From: a virus
Reading direction: 5' to 3' (one strand)
Length of the DNA: 64,000 nucleotides
Virus record (IMG/VR): IMGVR_UViG_3300009085_000022
Location: 1 to 64,000 of that record
Part shown: piece by piece, positions 18,838 to 32,200 of the stretch
Layout: each line of letters starts with the position of its first letter
Numbering within the stretch: position 1 is the first letter of the stretch
Program-made: the position numbers and the translations under genes
The notes under the pieces: generated by a model
What the model saw: the letters and a program-made list of their open reading frames with translations, nothing else
Databases searched by the model: none
Told to the model about the DNA's origin: nothing

Positions 18838-20244
18838 ATGCCTGTAAATCAATCTTTAAGATACTACCGCCAACAATTTAATCCCGAAGCTGCATATAAT
18901 ACACAAGCAGCTGATTCTGGAATTATTTCAATGTATAATCCAGAACAAGAGGCACAATTTATTGATGCTATATCTCAGCGTCAACAGAGGTATGATACTA
19001 CTAATGCAGCAGTAGCTGCTGAAAAAGCTCGTATTGGAGAAACAGAAACTTACGATTTGGCTGAATTAACTAAGCGTTTGCAATCTTTTGAAAGTAATAT
19101 TAATGATTTAGTTAAGTCAAAATATAATGGTGATTATGGAGCAGCCGCTAATGAAATAGCTAAACAGATAGGTACAGAACGCACCAATCCGTTCTATCAT
19201 TTTAATAAGCAGAAAGTTGAAATGAGCAAGGCTTATTTAGATGCTAAGATGAAATTAGGTTCTAATTTTTTATCAGTAGGTAATCCATTAGATGTAAAAT
19301 TTTCCGATTGGCAACAAGGTAAAACTTTTGATTTTACTCCAGTAAATAGAGAAGATATTGTAAAACAGGCTGCTACTGAATTTAGCAGTATTGCAGATAC
19401 TATTATAAACGATCCTCAGCTACGTTCTACTGCTAATGGTCAATATATTCTAAGTATGATACAACGTGGTATAAAAGATCCTACTGCACTACAAGAATTT
19501 TTAGGCACAGAAGAGGGACAGACTATGATAGATAATATTGTACAAAATAATCCTACTTTATCTAAACTTCCACAAGAACAAGTAATGAGTGCTGTATTTG
19601 AAGGAGCACATTCGGCTATTGGTAAAACTGAAATGAACTATATGCCAGATCAAAGCTATATGGACCCAGGACAGATGGCTAAATTATCTGAATCTGGCGG
19701 TAGTGGGTTTTTTGGGGTAATGTCTCCTGGTAACGGATTGGCTACAGGAAAACTTATTAAAGATGATAAAGATGGTCAAAAATTAGCTGGTTTGCAGTCC
19801 TTTAATATTAATAGTTTAACTCCTTGGAGAATGTCTACAGAAAAAATTAATGAATTGGATAAAATAAAGACCAATTTAACTACTGAACTAAAATCTATGG
19901 TATTAACAGATACTCCAGATCAATATGTAGATTATTTAAGCAGAGCCAGTAAGAAGAATATAGATAAGATGGATAGAAGTAAAAATATTACACTTGGAGA
20001 TATAGCCTTTGATACTGAAGAACCTAAAATAATTATGGAAATACAGGGTACAGATAATGAAGGCAATCCTGTAGAATCAGTAATTACTTTAGATGCTGGT
20101 TCGGATTTTTCTAATAATAGAAAAGCATTTGGTATTTTATCTTATTTATATAGACTAGGTAACCAGGGTTCTGACTTTAACAATACAATGACAGCTTGGT
20201 TACTAAAACATTTTCCACAAACTTATACAAACTCAGTACAGTAA
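18838..20244 (+). CDS. Virion cargo/ejection protein 2
   Basis: Helical 468-aa ORF between cargo 1 and the RNAP gene. Confidence 0.6.
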   Translation: MPVNQSLRYYRQQFNPEAAYNTQAADSGIISMYNPEQEAQFIDAISQRQQRYDTTNAAVAAEKARIGETETYDLAELTKRLQSFESNINDLVKSKYNGDYGAAANEIAKQIGTERTNPFYHFNKQKVEMSKAYLDAKMKLGSNFLSVGNPLDVKFSDWQQGKTFDFTPVNREDIVKQAATEFSSIADTIINDPQLRSTANGQYILSMIQRGIKDPTALQEFLGTEEGQTMIDNIVQNNPTLSKLPQEQVMSAVFEGAHSAIGKTEMNYMPDQSYMDPGQMAKLSESGGSGFFGVMSPGNGLATGKLIKDDKDGQKLAGLQSFNINSLTPWRMSTEKINELDKIKTNLTTELKSMVLTDTPDQYVDYLSRASKKNIDKMDRSKNITLGDIAFDTEEPKIIMEIQGTDNEGNPVESVITLDAGSDFSNNRKAFGILSYLYRLGNQGSDFNNTMTAWLLKHFPQTYTNSVQ

Positions 20245-23200
20245 TGGCTTTATATGAAGAAACTAAGAAGATTCAACAAGAATTAAATGATAAGTTTGGT
20301 TCTGATGATCCTATTAAAACTCTATTCTCACAAATTAAGTTACAAAATCAAGGTACTACTCCTCCTATAGACCTGGAGTCTACTAAGATTTATATGCCAA
20401 AAGATAGTCGTAATTACGCTAGATTTTTTGGTGAAGCTTATTCTCCTATACCTAATCTTGAAGATGTAGCAGCTGGTCGCCAATCTGGTTGGGAGCGTAT
20501 GGGATATATGGTTCCAAGAATAGGTGTTAAAGTAGCTTCTGAAATAGCACAGTTACCGGGATATCTTGGTGGTGCATTAGCTTGGGGTGCTACTGGATTT
20601 GATAGAGATAATATAAATTTCTTAGTTGATAACTTCTGGCAAAAAGCTATTCAATCAGCAGAAGAATCTATTAAAGGTAAATTACCTGTATATACAAGTG
20701 ATAAGGTAAAAGAAGGTAATCTATTAGAGAATATCTTTTCTACATCATTCTGGGCTAATGAAGGTGCAGACGGTGTTGGATTTTTATTAGCATTTTTAGC
20801 TCCCGGTCAGGCTCTTAAAGCTACTAAATTTGGAGCGAAGGCTGCCAGACTAATTAAGCCTGGTACGCAAATAGCCCCTACAATTTCTAAAGGTAAAGAT
20901 ATGGCATTGGCAGTTGATGCTGCTACAAGATCATTAGCAAATAATATTGATTTTGTAGGAGCTACAGTTGTTAATACTTTATTTGAGTCTGCTGCAGAAG
21001 GCGGAGAAACATTTAGAAATGTTATGGATAAAACTAATGACAAGGATAAGGCAGCTATTGCAGCAGTAGATGTTGTTAAAAAGAATTTTGGAATTTTATT
21101 ATTATCAAATGCTGTTGATCAGTATTGGTTATTTAAAGATATTAATCTATTAAAGAGAGCAGGTGATCCGGCTGAAAAGGTCGTAAAGAATAATGTTTTA
21201 AAAAGTCTGATAGATCCTAAAACTGGTAAACCTCTAACAGAAGCGGTTAAAAGATCTGGTTGGGATAAAGCTGGAACTTATACTAAAACCTGGTTAGAAG
21301 GTATAGGTAAAGAAGGGTTCTACGAAGAAGGCATGCAGTATGCAGCGTCAAAACATGCTGAAGAATTAGCTGAAGATCCTACTTTGGCAGACAGAAACTT
21401 TTTAGAAGAAATGGTTGATTTAGGAGAAACCTATATTGATAGCCTATCTGATACAGATATGCAAAAAAGTATATTCTTAGGCGGACTGCTTGGTGGAGGC
21501 ATGTCTACGATACACACATTACGTCAGGATGCTGCAACAAAAAGATTATTAGAAGGATCTGCTGAGAAAAAACCTAGTGCGTTTGCACAATTTTTTGGTG
21601 CTAAAGAACAAAAAGATACTCCAGGATTAAGGAAATTACTGCAAAATGGATGGGATTCCAGATATGTTTCTATGGCAGATTTAGCGGAGAAAACTACTAA
21701 AGACGGCAATGTTATTTCTGTTTTAAATGATGATGGTACTTATAAATTAGATCCCAAAAAAGTAGAATCCCTTGCTGAAGGTAAACTATTGGATTATGCT
21801 GAAAAAGAAAAATTAGTTCATCTTGCAAGAACTGGTAATGAAGAGGGGTTTAAACTTATTAAAGAAAAGGTAGATCATAGATATATGTCATTATTCCTCC
21901 AACAGGATGGTGGTTTACAAATATTGTTGAAACATATTGATGCCCTCGCTGAAGCAGATAAGGAAAATTTTGAAAAAGAAGGTATTACTTATGATCTTGA
22001 GGAAGTTAAAAAAGATCTAAAAGCTAAAGCTATTAAATTTCAAGCCATGTATGATCGTGTAAATAATACACATGATCTTCTTATGGATGATGTTAAAGCC
22101 ACAAAAGAACAGAGGGCAGAATTAGAAGAATATAGTAATTTAGTTAAAAATAATAAACTTAATTCTGAATTAAGAATAGGATTTTATGATGGTAGAATAA
22201 ATTCTCTTAGGAAATCTCTATCTGAAACAGAGTTCAATGGTAAAGCCTTACCTATATCTTCTACAGAAGATAATTTATCAAAAAAATTAATTACCGATCT
22301 TAAAGAAGCTCATTCTAAAGTTAAAGGCCAGCTTTCTGATGCTAGTAATAAACAAATTGATAGAGTATTATCTGATTTGGAAAAACATCAGGAAGAGCTT
22401 ATTGGTTCGAGAGAAACTAGTTCTAAATTATATAGTTCTAAATTCTTAAATGACACCTTCAAGGAGTTTACAGATAAGAAGGCGGCTAATAAAGATTCTG
22501 TAGTAGATGGTAATAAAGCTAAAGAGGCTTTAAGTTTGGGGCCTAAGATGAAAGCTTTATTTGATAAAGCTATTATCTATGAACAAATAACTGCTCCGTC
22601 TCTTATGGCTGCAAGACATTCAGGAGAGTTAGAAATATCTTACCGTGATAGAGATGGTAAAATTCATAAGGCCTATGGCACTATTAAAGGGGCTAATAGG
22701 AATGGTAACTTAGATATGAATATTCATAAAGCCGAGGTTACTAATAAAGAAACTGGTCGTACAACTTTGCAAAATATTGAGGATAAACAAAACCATTTTT
22801 TAAATGAAGATGAGACTTTTAATTATCAGGGTCAGTCTTATGAAGTTGTTAATATCAGAATCACTAAGTCTCCTGAAGAAATTCAAAAAGAAAGACGTAG
22901 TGAAGCCTTTATTTCAGCTTTAAAAGAAGTATTAAAAGCTAAGCAAGCAAAAATTTTAGGCACTCATACAGAAAAAGTTGATAAAAAAGGATTTAATGAA
23001 CAAATAAGTGATCAACAAGAGTATATTGATTCATTAAAAATAAAGTTAGAACAGTTAACTGAAAAAGAGTTAAACTCTTTGACTAAACTAACTAAACAGG
23101 GGCAGAGTAGAAAACAACTTGTAAAAATTAGAGTCGAGGCTTCAAAAAACCTGTCTAAAAAATTTCTAACTGCTAATGAATTAAAAAATGAAATTATTAA

Positions 23201-26200
23201 AGCTAAAGAATATTTAGCAAAATTACAAAGTAATAAGAAAAGCATTGTAGAAGATAAGAAAAAAATTACAGATTTAATAAAACAAGCTAAAGAATCTGGA
23301 GATTTTATAGCCTCATTAAATAAATTATCTAATGAGTATGATGAATTTATTAATACTAATGAAGATTTCTTAAATAAGTATACTGAAATTAATGATGATA
23401 ATGAATTATATTTAAAGAGATTGCACTCTACTTTAGAAGGGTATGTAACTACTTTTGCACGAGTTTTAGGATTACAGAAAGAGTTTCAAATTATAGCTGG
23501 AAATAGGAATCTTACAGATGAACAGGTAAAAGATGCTATGCTTGGAGTTATTGCTGCAAGGCTTAGTAGTGGTTATATAACAGAAGATCAATATGAACAA
23601 TTAGGTTTAATTCCAGAACATTTAGAGACTGTCAAAGCAAGAATAGTACAAACTACTCAATTATTAGAAGATAATAAAAAACTAATCGTAAGTACCCAAA
23701 TTAAAGTAAATGAGTTAAATAAAATACTTGCTTTATATAAAATGGTAAATAGGCAGTTTAATGCGTCTTATAAAGAGTATTTAAAAGATTCTGGAGTATT
23801 AGAAGATATTGTAGATGATGAAACTAAGAAGGGCGGAACACCAGAAGGAAATCCTAGATTTATTGATTGGGAATTAGATGACATTAAGAAGGGTGATAAG
23901 GATTATAAACATGTTTTCTATGATGAAAATTCCTGGTTTATATCTTCTGGTAATCAAATGGATTTAGTTAATGGAGTAAAGAATGATGATTTATCCAGGT
24001 GGTATATTTTTGTTAATAAGTTAGCTTATGAACGTACTGAAAGTGGTGCTAGTAAGTATGTCCTAAGATCATATACATTAGATCAAATTGGTGAATTAAA
24101 GGAAGACCATGCATTAAGAAAGCGTGTTAAATTTTATGCTGGAACTATTAAGGGGGAAACTCAGTTAGTAACTTTTGACCAACTAAAGAATCTCCCTAAA
24201 GAGAATCAGGATATTGCTAAAAACGATATTAAAATGGTCGTTTTTGAACGATCTGGCAAGCCTTTAATAGTCACTAAACAGGTATTTGGCGATGAAAAAG
24301 ACACCCAGTATCCTATATATAATTCATTTATTGAACATAAAGAGGGGCCTCAAAAATTTGATAGGTTCTCCATTGAGAGAGCTATTAAATTATACATTAC
24401 TGATAAAAAATGGAAAGAACCTACTAATGATCAAGAGAAAGATGAGCAAGATAGGATTGCTAGAGAAGCCGTAGAAAAAAAACTACAAGATTCTTGGAAG
24501 AAATATTTAGAAAATAGGGAAAAGCTTAAAGAAAAATCTCATGTATTTGAAATTAGTCAGGTAAATCCCGGTGTTAAAGTTTTTGACGATACAGTTGCTC
24601 CTATAGATGTTTTAGATGCTGCAGGTACAGATGATATCAAAGATATCGCTAAAAGCTTTGTTATTCATATTGCAGGTACTAGAAAAGAGGATAACATTAC
24701 AGGCACAAGACTTTACTATAGAAATAAGATCAGTAGAAAGTTAAGTTGGACTTATCACGATTTATTAAGTGGTTATTTATATTTCCAACATGATAATAGA
24801 TTTGAAAGAGTTAGACCCAATACATTTGGCGAAACAGGTTCAGTAGAAGATATCATTAATATTATTAAATATCTATCTACTAATCCAAAAGAAGCGGATG
24901 AAATTGAAAAATATTTACATAAAATACTTTATATAAACGCTTCTAATAAAAACTATAAAATTGGGTTTACTAAATTTTATGGGGCTAATAAAGTTAAAAC
25001 TGGTTTTAGATCATTATTCTTTGATGGTCATGAATTAACTATAGATCAGATCCTTAATGAAGAAGGATTAGATTTATTAAGAGATTTTATAGCTAAAAAA
25101 TATTGGAACTTTGATGAAAAAACTTTAAAAGAGAATACTTTTACCGAGTATAAAGTTAGTTGGTCGGGTAAAAAACCTAAAATCACTTCTAAATTATGGG
25201 ATAATAAAGATGGGGGTTATGTAGGATTTTTATTCTCTAAAAAAGATGGTAATATACCTAAAGGTAGAGTATTTGTAAAACCACAATCTAAAGATCATAT
25301 TGAGAATACTAAAAATCCACAATATTTAAATCAGTCAGTATCTCTTGTTAGTGTAGGTACTGAGTTTAAACAAGCTCCGCCTGCAAAATCAGGCAAAAAT
25401 AAAGGGTTATCTGGATTAGGTAAAAAAACTGAAAAAACTGAAGAGTCTGGTGAAAAGAAGAAAGGAATAGGTTCTTTATCTTCAGGAAAGGCAGGTGCAT
25501 CAGTAAAACTTGGTAGAAAAGGTGTCCAACAGGAATCTAAAGATGAAGAATCTGATACAGAAGCTAATACTTTACTTAAGCTTGGTAAAAGATCTTCTGT
25601 AGTTATAAGTCCTGGAACTGGAGGCTCTAAATTTCAAAATGAGAATGAATACTGGAATAGTTTAGGAAAAGCTAAACAAGATGAGATTGTATCTAAATTT
25701 CCAAATAAAACTGAAACAGAGTTAAAAGCTCAATATTTTAGAATATATCAGATGTCTATTAATGACTCTGGTATAAATAGATGGGCAGAAGAAGCTGATG
25801 AATATGTTAAAGAAGAATTTGATTCTAAATTAGAATGGTTTAGAAATAAATTCCCACAAATTCCTATTTCAGTAATAGAAAGCCAATTATTAAATGGAAG
25901 TTGGGGAAGATTAACCAGATTTGGAAAAGTATTAATAAGTGATCTTGCTGCAGAAGGTACAATTTATCATGAAGCATATCATACTTATTCACTATTATTC
26001 TTATCAGAAGAAGATAGAAAAAAACTATATTCAGAACTTGAAAAAAGATTAGGTAGATCATTGACTGATAAACAAGCAGAAGAAATTTTAGCTGAAGAGT
26101 TTAGAGAATATATGTTGGCTCCTAATAGTTATAATTTTGGTAAAAGTGAATCAGCAAAAAAATCCTGGTTTAAACAATTATTGGATTATATTTTAGAGTT

Positions 26201-29200
26201 ATTACAGGATTGGGGCATTCTTAAAACTGATAAGGCTGATTTCTATATTGAATCTACTTTTAAAAATATAAATGAAGTCGACTCTTTTGTTATTGAAGAT
26301 CAGCTTTTAAAGGAACGTGCCGCTAATCTAAGAGAAGATTATAACCGCAATAGAGTAATAACAGATTTTACTGAAAAAGAGACTTTATTTGCTGTTCAGG
26401 ACTTTAACTATGCTTTTTTTCAAATTATATTTGATCCACAAAATACTGAAACAGATTTACTATTTGATATTAATGCTAAACTACCAGAGGTTTATCGTGA
26501 TCTCGAAATCTGGTATGATATACAATCTAAGAAAAACGAGTTTTATAAGAAAATGTTGTCTCACTTTGATGAATTAAAGGAGAGACACCGTGAATTTTTA
26601 AAAAACTATCAAATATTTATATCTGAAACAGCTTTAAAAAATGAAGAAGAAATATTTGAAAATGCGGATATAAGTGAAGATGATAAAGGTAAAAATTCTA
26701 CAGAGTACATGGATTCAGTTTCTGTAGATTTAAATAAACTTTTAGATAATCCTATTAGAATGGTCATTGCAGGATTGCCTTCCGTTACTATGCATAATAA
26801 CAATACTAAACTAACTTTATCTGAATTTTCAACTCGTTCTACAGCAAAATATTCTGATATAGTCAATGTATTAAGTGATCAACTTGCTACTGTTACATCT
26901 ATGTCTGATATGGTATATAAACTATTTGATATATCAAAAGACTATCCTGAAATGCAAGTATTATTAAAAAGAATGGGAATTAAAAGCTTAGAGGCTAATA
27001 ATCCTACTGTTTATCAAATGAATTTACAGAACCAATTCTATAAAAACTTTTCACGTACAAGGACTAAACCTAAGTTACTTAACTATACGCATGATGGCAG
27101 GAAATATGATATTGATGCTGTAGAACATAATACACGTAGTATTATACAAGAATCGTGGATTATCAATGCAAGAGAACTTGCAAATGATAAAGCTTCTTAT
27201 ATTTATAAATCTACAACTGGTGAGTACCTTATTAAAGTTAAGACTTTAAAAAATGATTTAGCTTACTTTATGTCATTAAAAAATCAGGAATTAGATAAGA
27301 TTGCTAATGGCATAGATATTTTATCAAAATTAGGCATTAATTTAAAAAATAGAATTAATGCTGACCAGATAAAAGCCTATTTAAAGTGGTTAAATGACCA
27401 TATAAAAGATACTAAAGAAAAAATATCTCTCAATGATTTATATAATGATCAAGTTATAAAGAATCAGCAAGAGATGCGCCAGTTAATAGATACTGTATCA
27501 AAAGCTTATTTAAATAATAAAGATCTATCTTACTTTAATCAGGATGGTAATAGAGAATATTCTATTACATTGAACTCTCATTTATCAAATGTAACTAATT
27601 TACTTAATACTATTGGGTATAGTAATATAACAAAGAAAAATATTATACCAGAGGAGGTTAAGCATTTAATGGCCTACGATCCTGAGACAGAAGAAGGTAG
27701 TTTATTTAATACCAACTCTATCTGGTTGGAACAAATACTTTCAGGTGAGAAATTAGAATTAGTTCTTTTAAAGGGGCTAACTTCTATGGTTAATGGTGTT
27801 GAGATCTCTAAAGCTGTATTAGGAGATTATAAAGCTATTACAGCAAACGCTTTATTAAATGGGGTAGTTCCATTTTTAAGATCAGCTGATAGAAAATTAG
27901 AGTATGGGTTTAAAATAGGTACAGTTAATTATGAAATAACTGATGCTATTTTTAAACAGGTTATGTATAAATATTTAGAAGATGAACTTAGAACATCTTT
28001 TGCATTATTTATAGACTCTAAAAATTGGGGTGGAAATTTAAATTATTATTCTAAAAATGCTAAATCATTAAGAGTATTTAAATTTTTAGAAGATAATAAT
28101 AGGATTAATTCGTTAGAAGATTATTATGCAGATCATAAAGATGTTGATTATGAATTTTCTACCGAAAAAACTAATAAGCAAACTGTCCAACAAGCCAATA
28201 AACTTGCGAAACAATTTATTAAAAGCTTTAATAAGAATATAGATAAAAGTTTTGATGATTATATAAAAGATCTGCAAGACATGACTAAAGCTTCTTTAAT
28301 GGAAGATAATCTTATTAGAGAAGAAGGTACTGGTAAGGGACAAAAGTATTTTGTGCCTGCATTTGGTACAGAGATTTTAGAAAAAATAGGTATTTCAGAG
28401 AAATCTGGAAGAACAATATCTCCTTATAATATGGATAAAATTATCCGTATTATGACTTATAACTCTTTTGTAGGTAATAATGAACAATTAAAATTATTCT
28501 TAGGTGATCTTGCTCACTTTAAAAATTCAGTAGACTTCCATAAGAGAACTACTGGGGCAACTTCTACTAAATACAATCAAAGAGATGATGTTGAAATAAG
28601 ACAGCATTTAGATGAGTTTTATAGGCGTTTTGATAATAGACAACGTAATAACTCCATGTCTATGGTTGTTGTTGATGATATTATAACATCTAATTCTGAC
28701 CTAAAAAACTACTTTGAAGAATATAATAATATAAATGGAGTAGATGCTCAATCCTGGATGATGTTGGATGAATATAGGGATGTCATGTTAAGACATGGTA
28801 TCTGGTATCCAAGGCATGAAAGAACTTATCAATTTGAAATGCAAAAATTAGCATTAAGACTGATAAAATTACATGGAGATGGTAGAGCCTTACCTTTAGA
28901 TATTAATCGTATTAAATCAGAATTTCAGGCTGAGACTGGTATGTTTTATAAACATACTGGAGGAAAGATACCAACCACACCAATGTATCTAAAATCAGAA
29001 TTAAATGAGTTAAGTTTAACTCCTTTAACAATTATTAAACCACAAGGGTTTGGAAGGATTAGTAATTATAGTGGATTAGCGCCGACTCAATTTTGGAAAA
29101 CCAGCGCTGCTCCTGTATTTATGTCAGCAATAAGTGAAGATAGCCCAATGTTTGATTTCCTATTAAAAATGATAGGTAAAGGACAGGGATTATTTACATT

Positions 29201-32200
29201 TAAATCTTCTATGAAACAAGCTGAAATAATAGGAGACAATTCCGGTAAAATTCAGGAGTTATATGGAACAGATGATTATATATCGCAAGACTTTAAATAC
29301 CGTGATTTTGGTATTCAATTAGATATACATGAAGAAACTGAGGGAGAAGTATCAGTTTCTACACAAAGAACAAGATTAGAATTCTTAGATATATTTAACT
29401 TAGGCGAACCAGTTAAGAATGATAAATTAGCTGCTAATAGACATGAGTATACATATTTAACAAATGAACTAGAAGTTCAGTTAAGAGGAGAATTACTAGA
29501 TGAACTTGGTATATTATATGATCAAAAAACTGGAACTTATAAACTACATCCAGATAAAAAAGATCAATTTAAGAATAAGTTAATTTCAGCATTTCAAAAT
29601 CGTCAATTGCCTTTAAATGTTATTGATGGGCTAGAATTATCATTAGATAATGATAATATTGAAATGAGAATATTTGATGTAACATTAAGTAAATTTAAGA
29701 TAGAAGAAGTACTTACATCTATAGTAAGGAATAAACTTATTAAACGTAAGACGTCTGGTGAAATGTTAATTCAAGAATCTGCTTTATTATATGAAAATCC
29801 TAATTCAGCAGAAAGATTATTAGAATTTTATCAAAGAACTTTCCCCAATGGTAAGAAAATGCCAGCAGTCATTACTCCTATGGATGTAATGATAGCCTTA
29901 CCAAAAAGTCTTATAGAGTTTACTAAAGATATAGGAGGATTAGATGCATTAAACTCTGCTTTAGATGAATATTATAAAACCGGTTCATCTGGTATTGTAT
30001 TACCAGAAGATCTTATTAAAAGCCTAGTTATGCCTGCTAATAGAATCCCAGGACAATCTATTAGTTCTTTAGACATTATTAGAGTTAGAAAATTCTTACC
30101 TCCTTATCATGGTAATAAAATAGTTATACCTGCAGAAGCTACAGTTAAAACTGGATCTGACTTTGACGTAGATAAATTAACAACATATTTTAATAAGTTT
30201 ACTTATGAGAATAAAAAATTAACTTATCATAATGATCTTACTACTATTTCTGGTAAGCAGAATAGATTAAATGAATTAGCTGCTGAATCATTACTTGATC
30301 CTGAGAGATTTAAAGAGTTTTTAACCCCTATAAATACTAAATATCTAAAGGACAGAGCTAAGGAGATTAAACAAAACAAAGATAATTCTGATATAATTGA
30401 ATCCCGCTCTGGTGAATCCAGATTATCAGATGTTATTAGTTGGTGGTATAATATGCAAAAAGGGCATGAATTCTGGGTAAGTAAATCTGGAGTTGCAGTA
30501 GTGGCTGTTCAAAACGCTGCTCATGCTATAGAACAAAATCATCCTTTAGAGTTAAATAATATTATTCCATTAATGTTTGAAGGACAGGAATTAAATCCTG
30601 GTGAAAAATACATTAGCGGATTTATTAAAGATAGTTCTGGTAGATATATATCTCATAATTTTGCAGAATTCTTATCAGCATTTGTTGATGCTGTAAAAGA
30701 TCCTTTTATATTTGAAATTACAAATACTGATACTTTTAACTCAATAGCAGCACTTAATAGATTTGGTAGAACCTCAAGTGTAGGAATTGATTCTATAATT
30801 GAGTTTTATAGCCAGAAAGTAGTAAAAGACTTTTTAAAAGTTAAAAGAGCAAACTCTGCTCAATATATGACTTATAATCAGTATAATACTCCTGGAGTTA
30901 AATGGACTCAGACAAGAAGGCTTAGTCGAGATAAACAATATCAGGAAGTTTTACGTAAGCTTAAAGTTGAATTAAATCCTTCTAAAGAGGCTATACTACC
31001 TATAAGCTATAATAACAGTGTAGCAGCTATTATTGAAGATTATATTGACTTGCATTCTAAAACTTTTAAAGAAACCTTATCTGAAGTAAATGAGAGAGAA
31101 GATCTTACAGAACGTCAGAAATATGAGTTAACTACTGATATGGTCAATAATAATCCTGTTATACTTAAAATAAAAAGTGATATACAAGATAGGATTAAGG
31201 AAAGAGGTTATAAATATCTTAGTTTAGATGACTTAAAGAAAGTTAAAAATCGTAAAGGTGTATCTAATGATGAATTATTTAAATTACAGGTACAGATTTT
31301 AGATAATTTTATGATGTATAATTCTTTAGGTTGGAATGTTGTAAGTGCAAATAGTTATTTAAGACCTGATGCCGCAAGCAGTTTTAATAGCCATTTAAAT
31401 TCTATAGATGCTTCTGTAATAGTAGGTGAGAATACTATTAAAGAGAGAGGTATTATAGATTTTGAAAGTGTATTATATGCTATTGCAGGTACAAAAGATA
31501 ATCCAAGCTTAATAAGAGAGTTTTTTGAAACTAAACAAAATACTCCTGAGTATTTTAGATGGTCATCATTAATACAGAAAAATAAAGTAGTTAGAGATTT
31601 CTTTAATGCAGAAATTTATCCTACATTTGCCAACCCTAATAAAAGGCTAAAGAGTAAGAAAATTGAAGCTGCTTTGGAAACTATAGAATCAGATTTTATT
31701 ACGTTCTTATCAGTAGGAATGCTAGATCTTAATACAGAAGAAACTCAAAATCATTATAAATCTATTTTCTCTGGTAAAACTTCTGTTGCTAATAGGCTAT
31801 TAAAACTACAAAAAGATTTGCCTAATAATATGGCTATTCAAGAATTACAACCTCTTATAGAGCAAAAAAATAGTAGAACTCAAGCTATTTCAGAACTTGA
31901 TAATATTTCACTGTTTAGTAAAAAATTTGATAGCAATCAATGGGATGCTCTAGAGGCAGATATATTTGATTTAGCTGTTAATGGCAATAAAAAACTAGAG
32001 AATTTTGTAAAGTCATTAATATTATTAAGTAACTTTCAATCAGGATATAAAAAATCACCTATATCTATACATGAAGTTATACCTAATAGATTATTTATAC
32101 CTATGATTTCTGGAGCTTTAAATAAGTTTTCGGAATTAACTGAAGCAGAGCAAAAGGATAAACTATATCTATTCTTAGAACAAATGTATAGGAATAACTC

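Noticed and set aside
2222-20243. ORF-track starts at 2222, 5852, 9737, 16694 and 20196
   Set aside because: Downstream ATGs (2267, 5903, 9758, 16739, 20244) fit promoters, signal peptides or stop-start coupling better.
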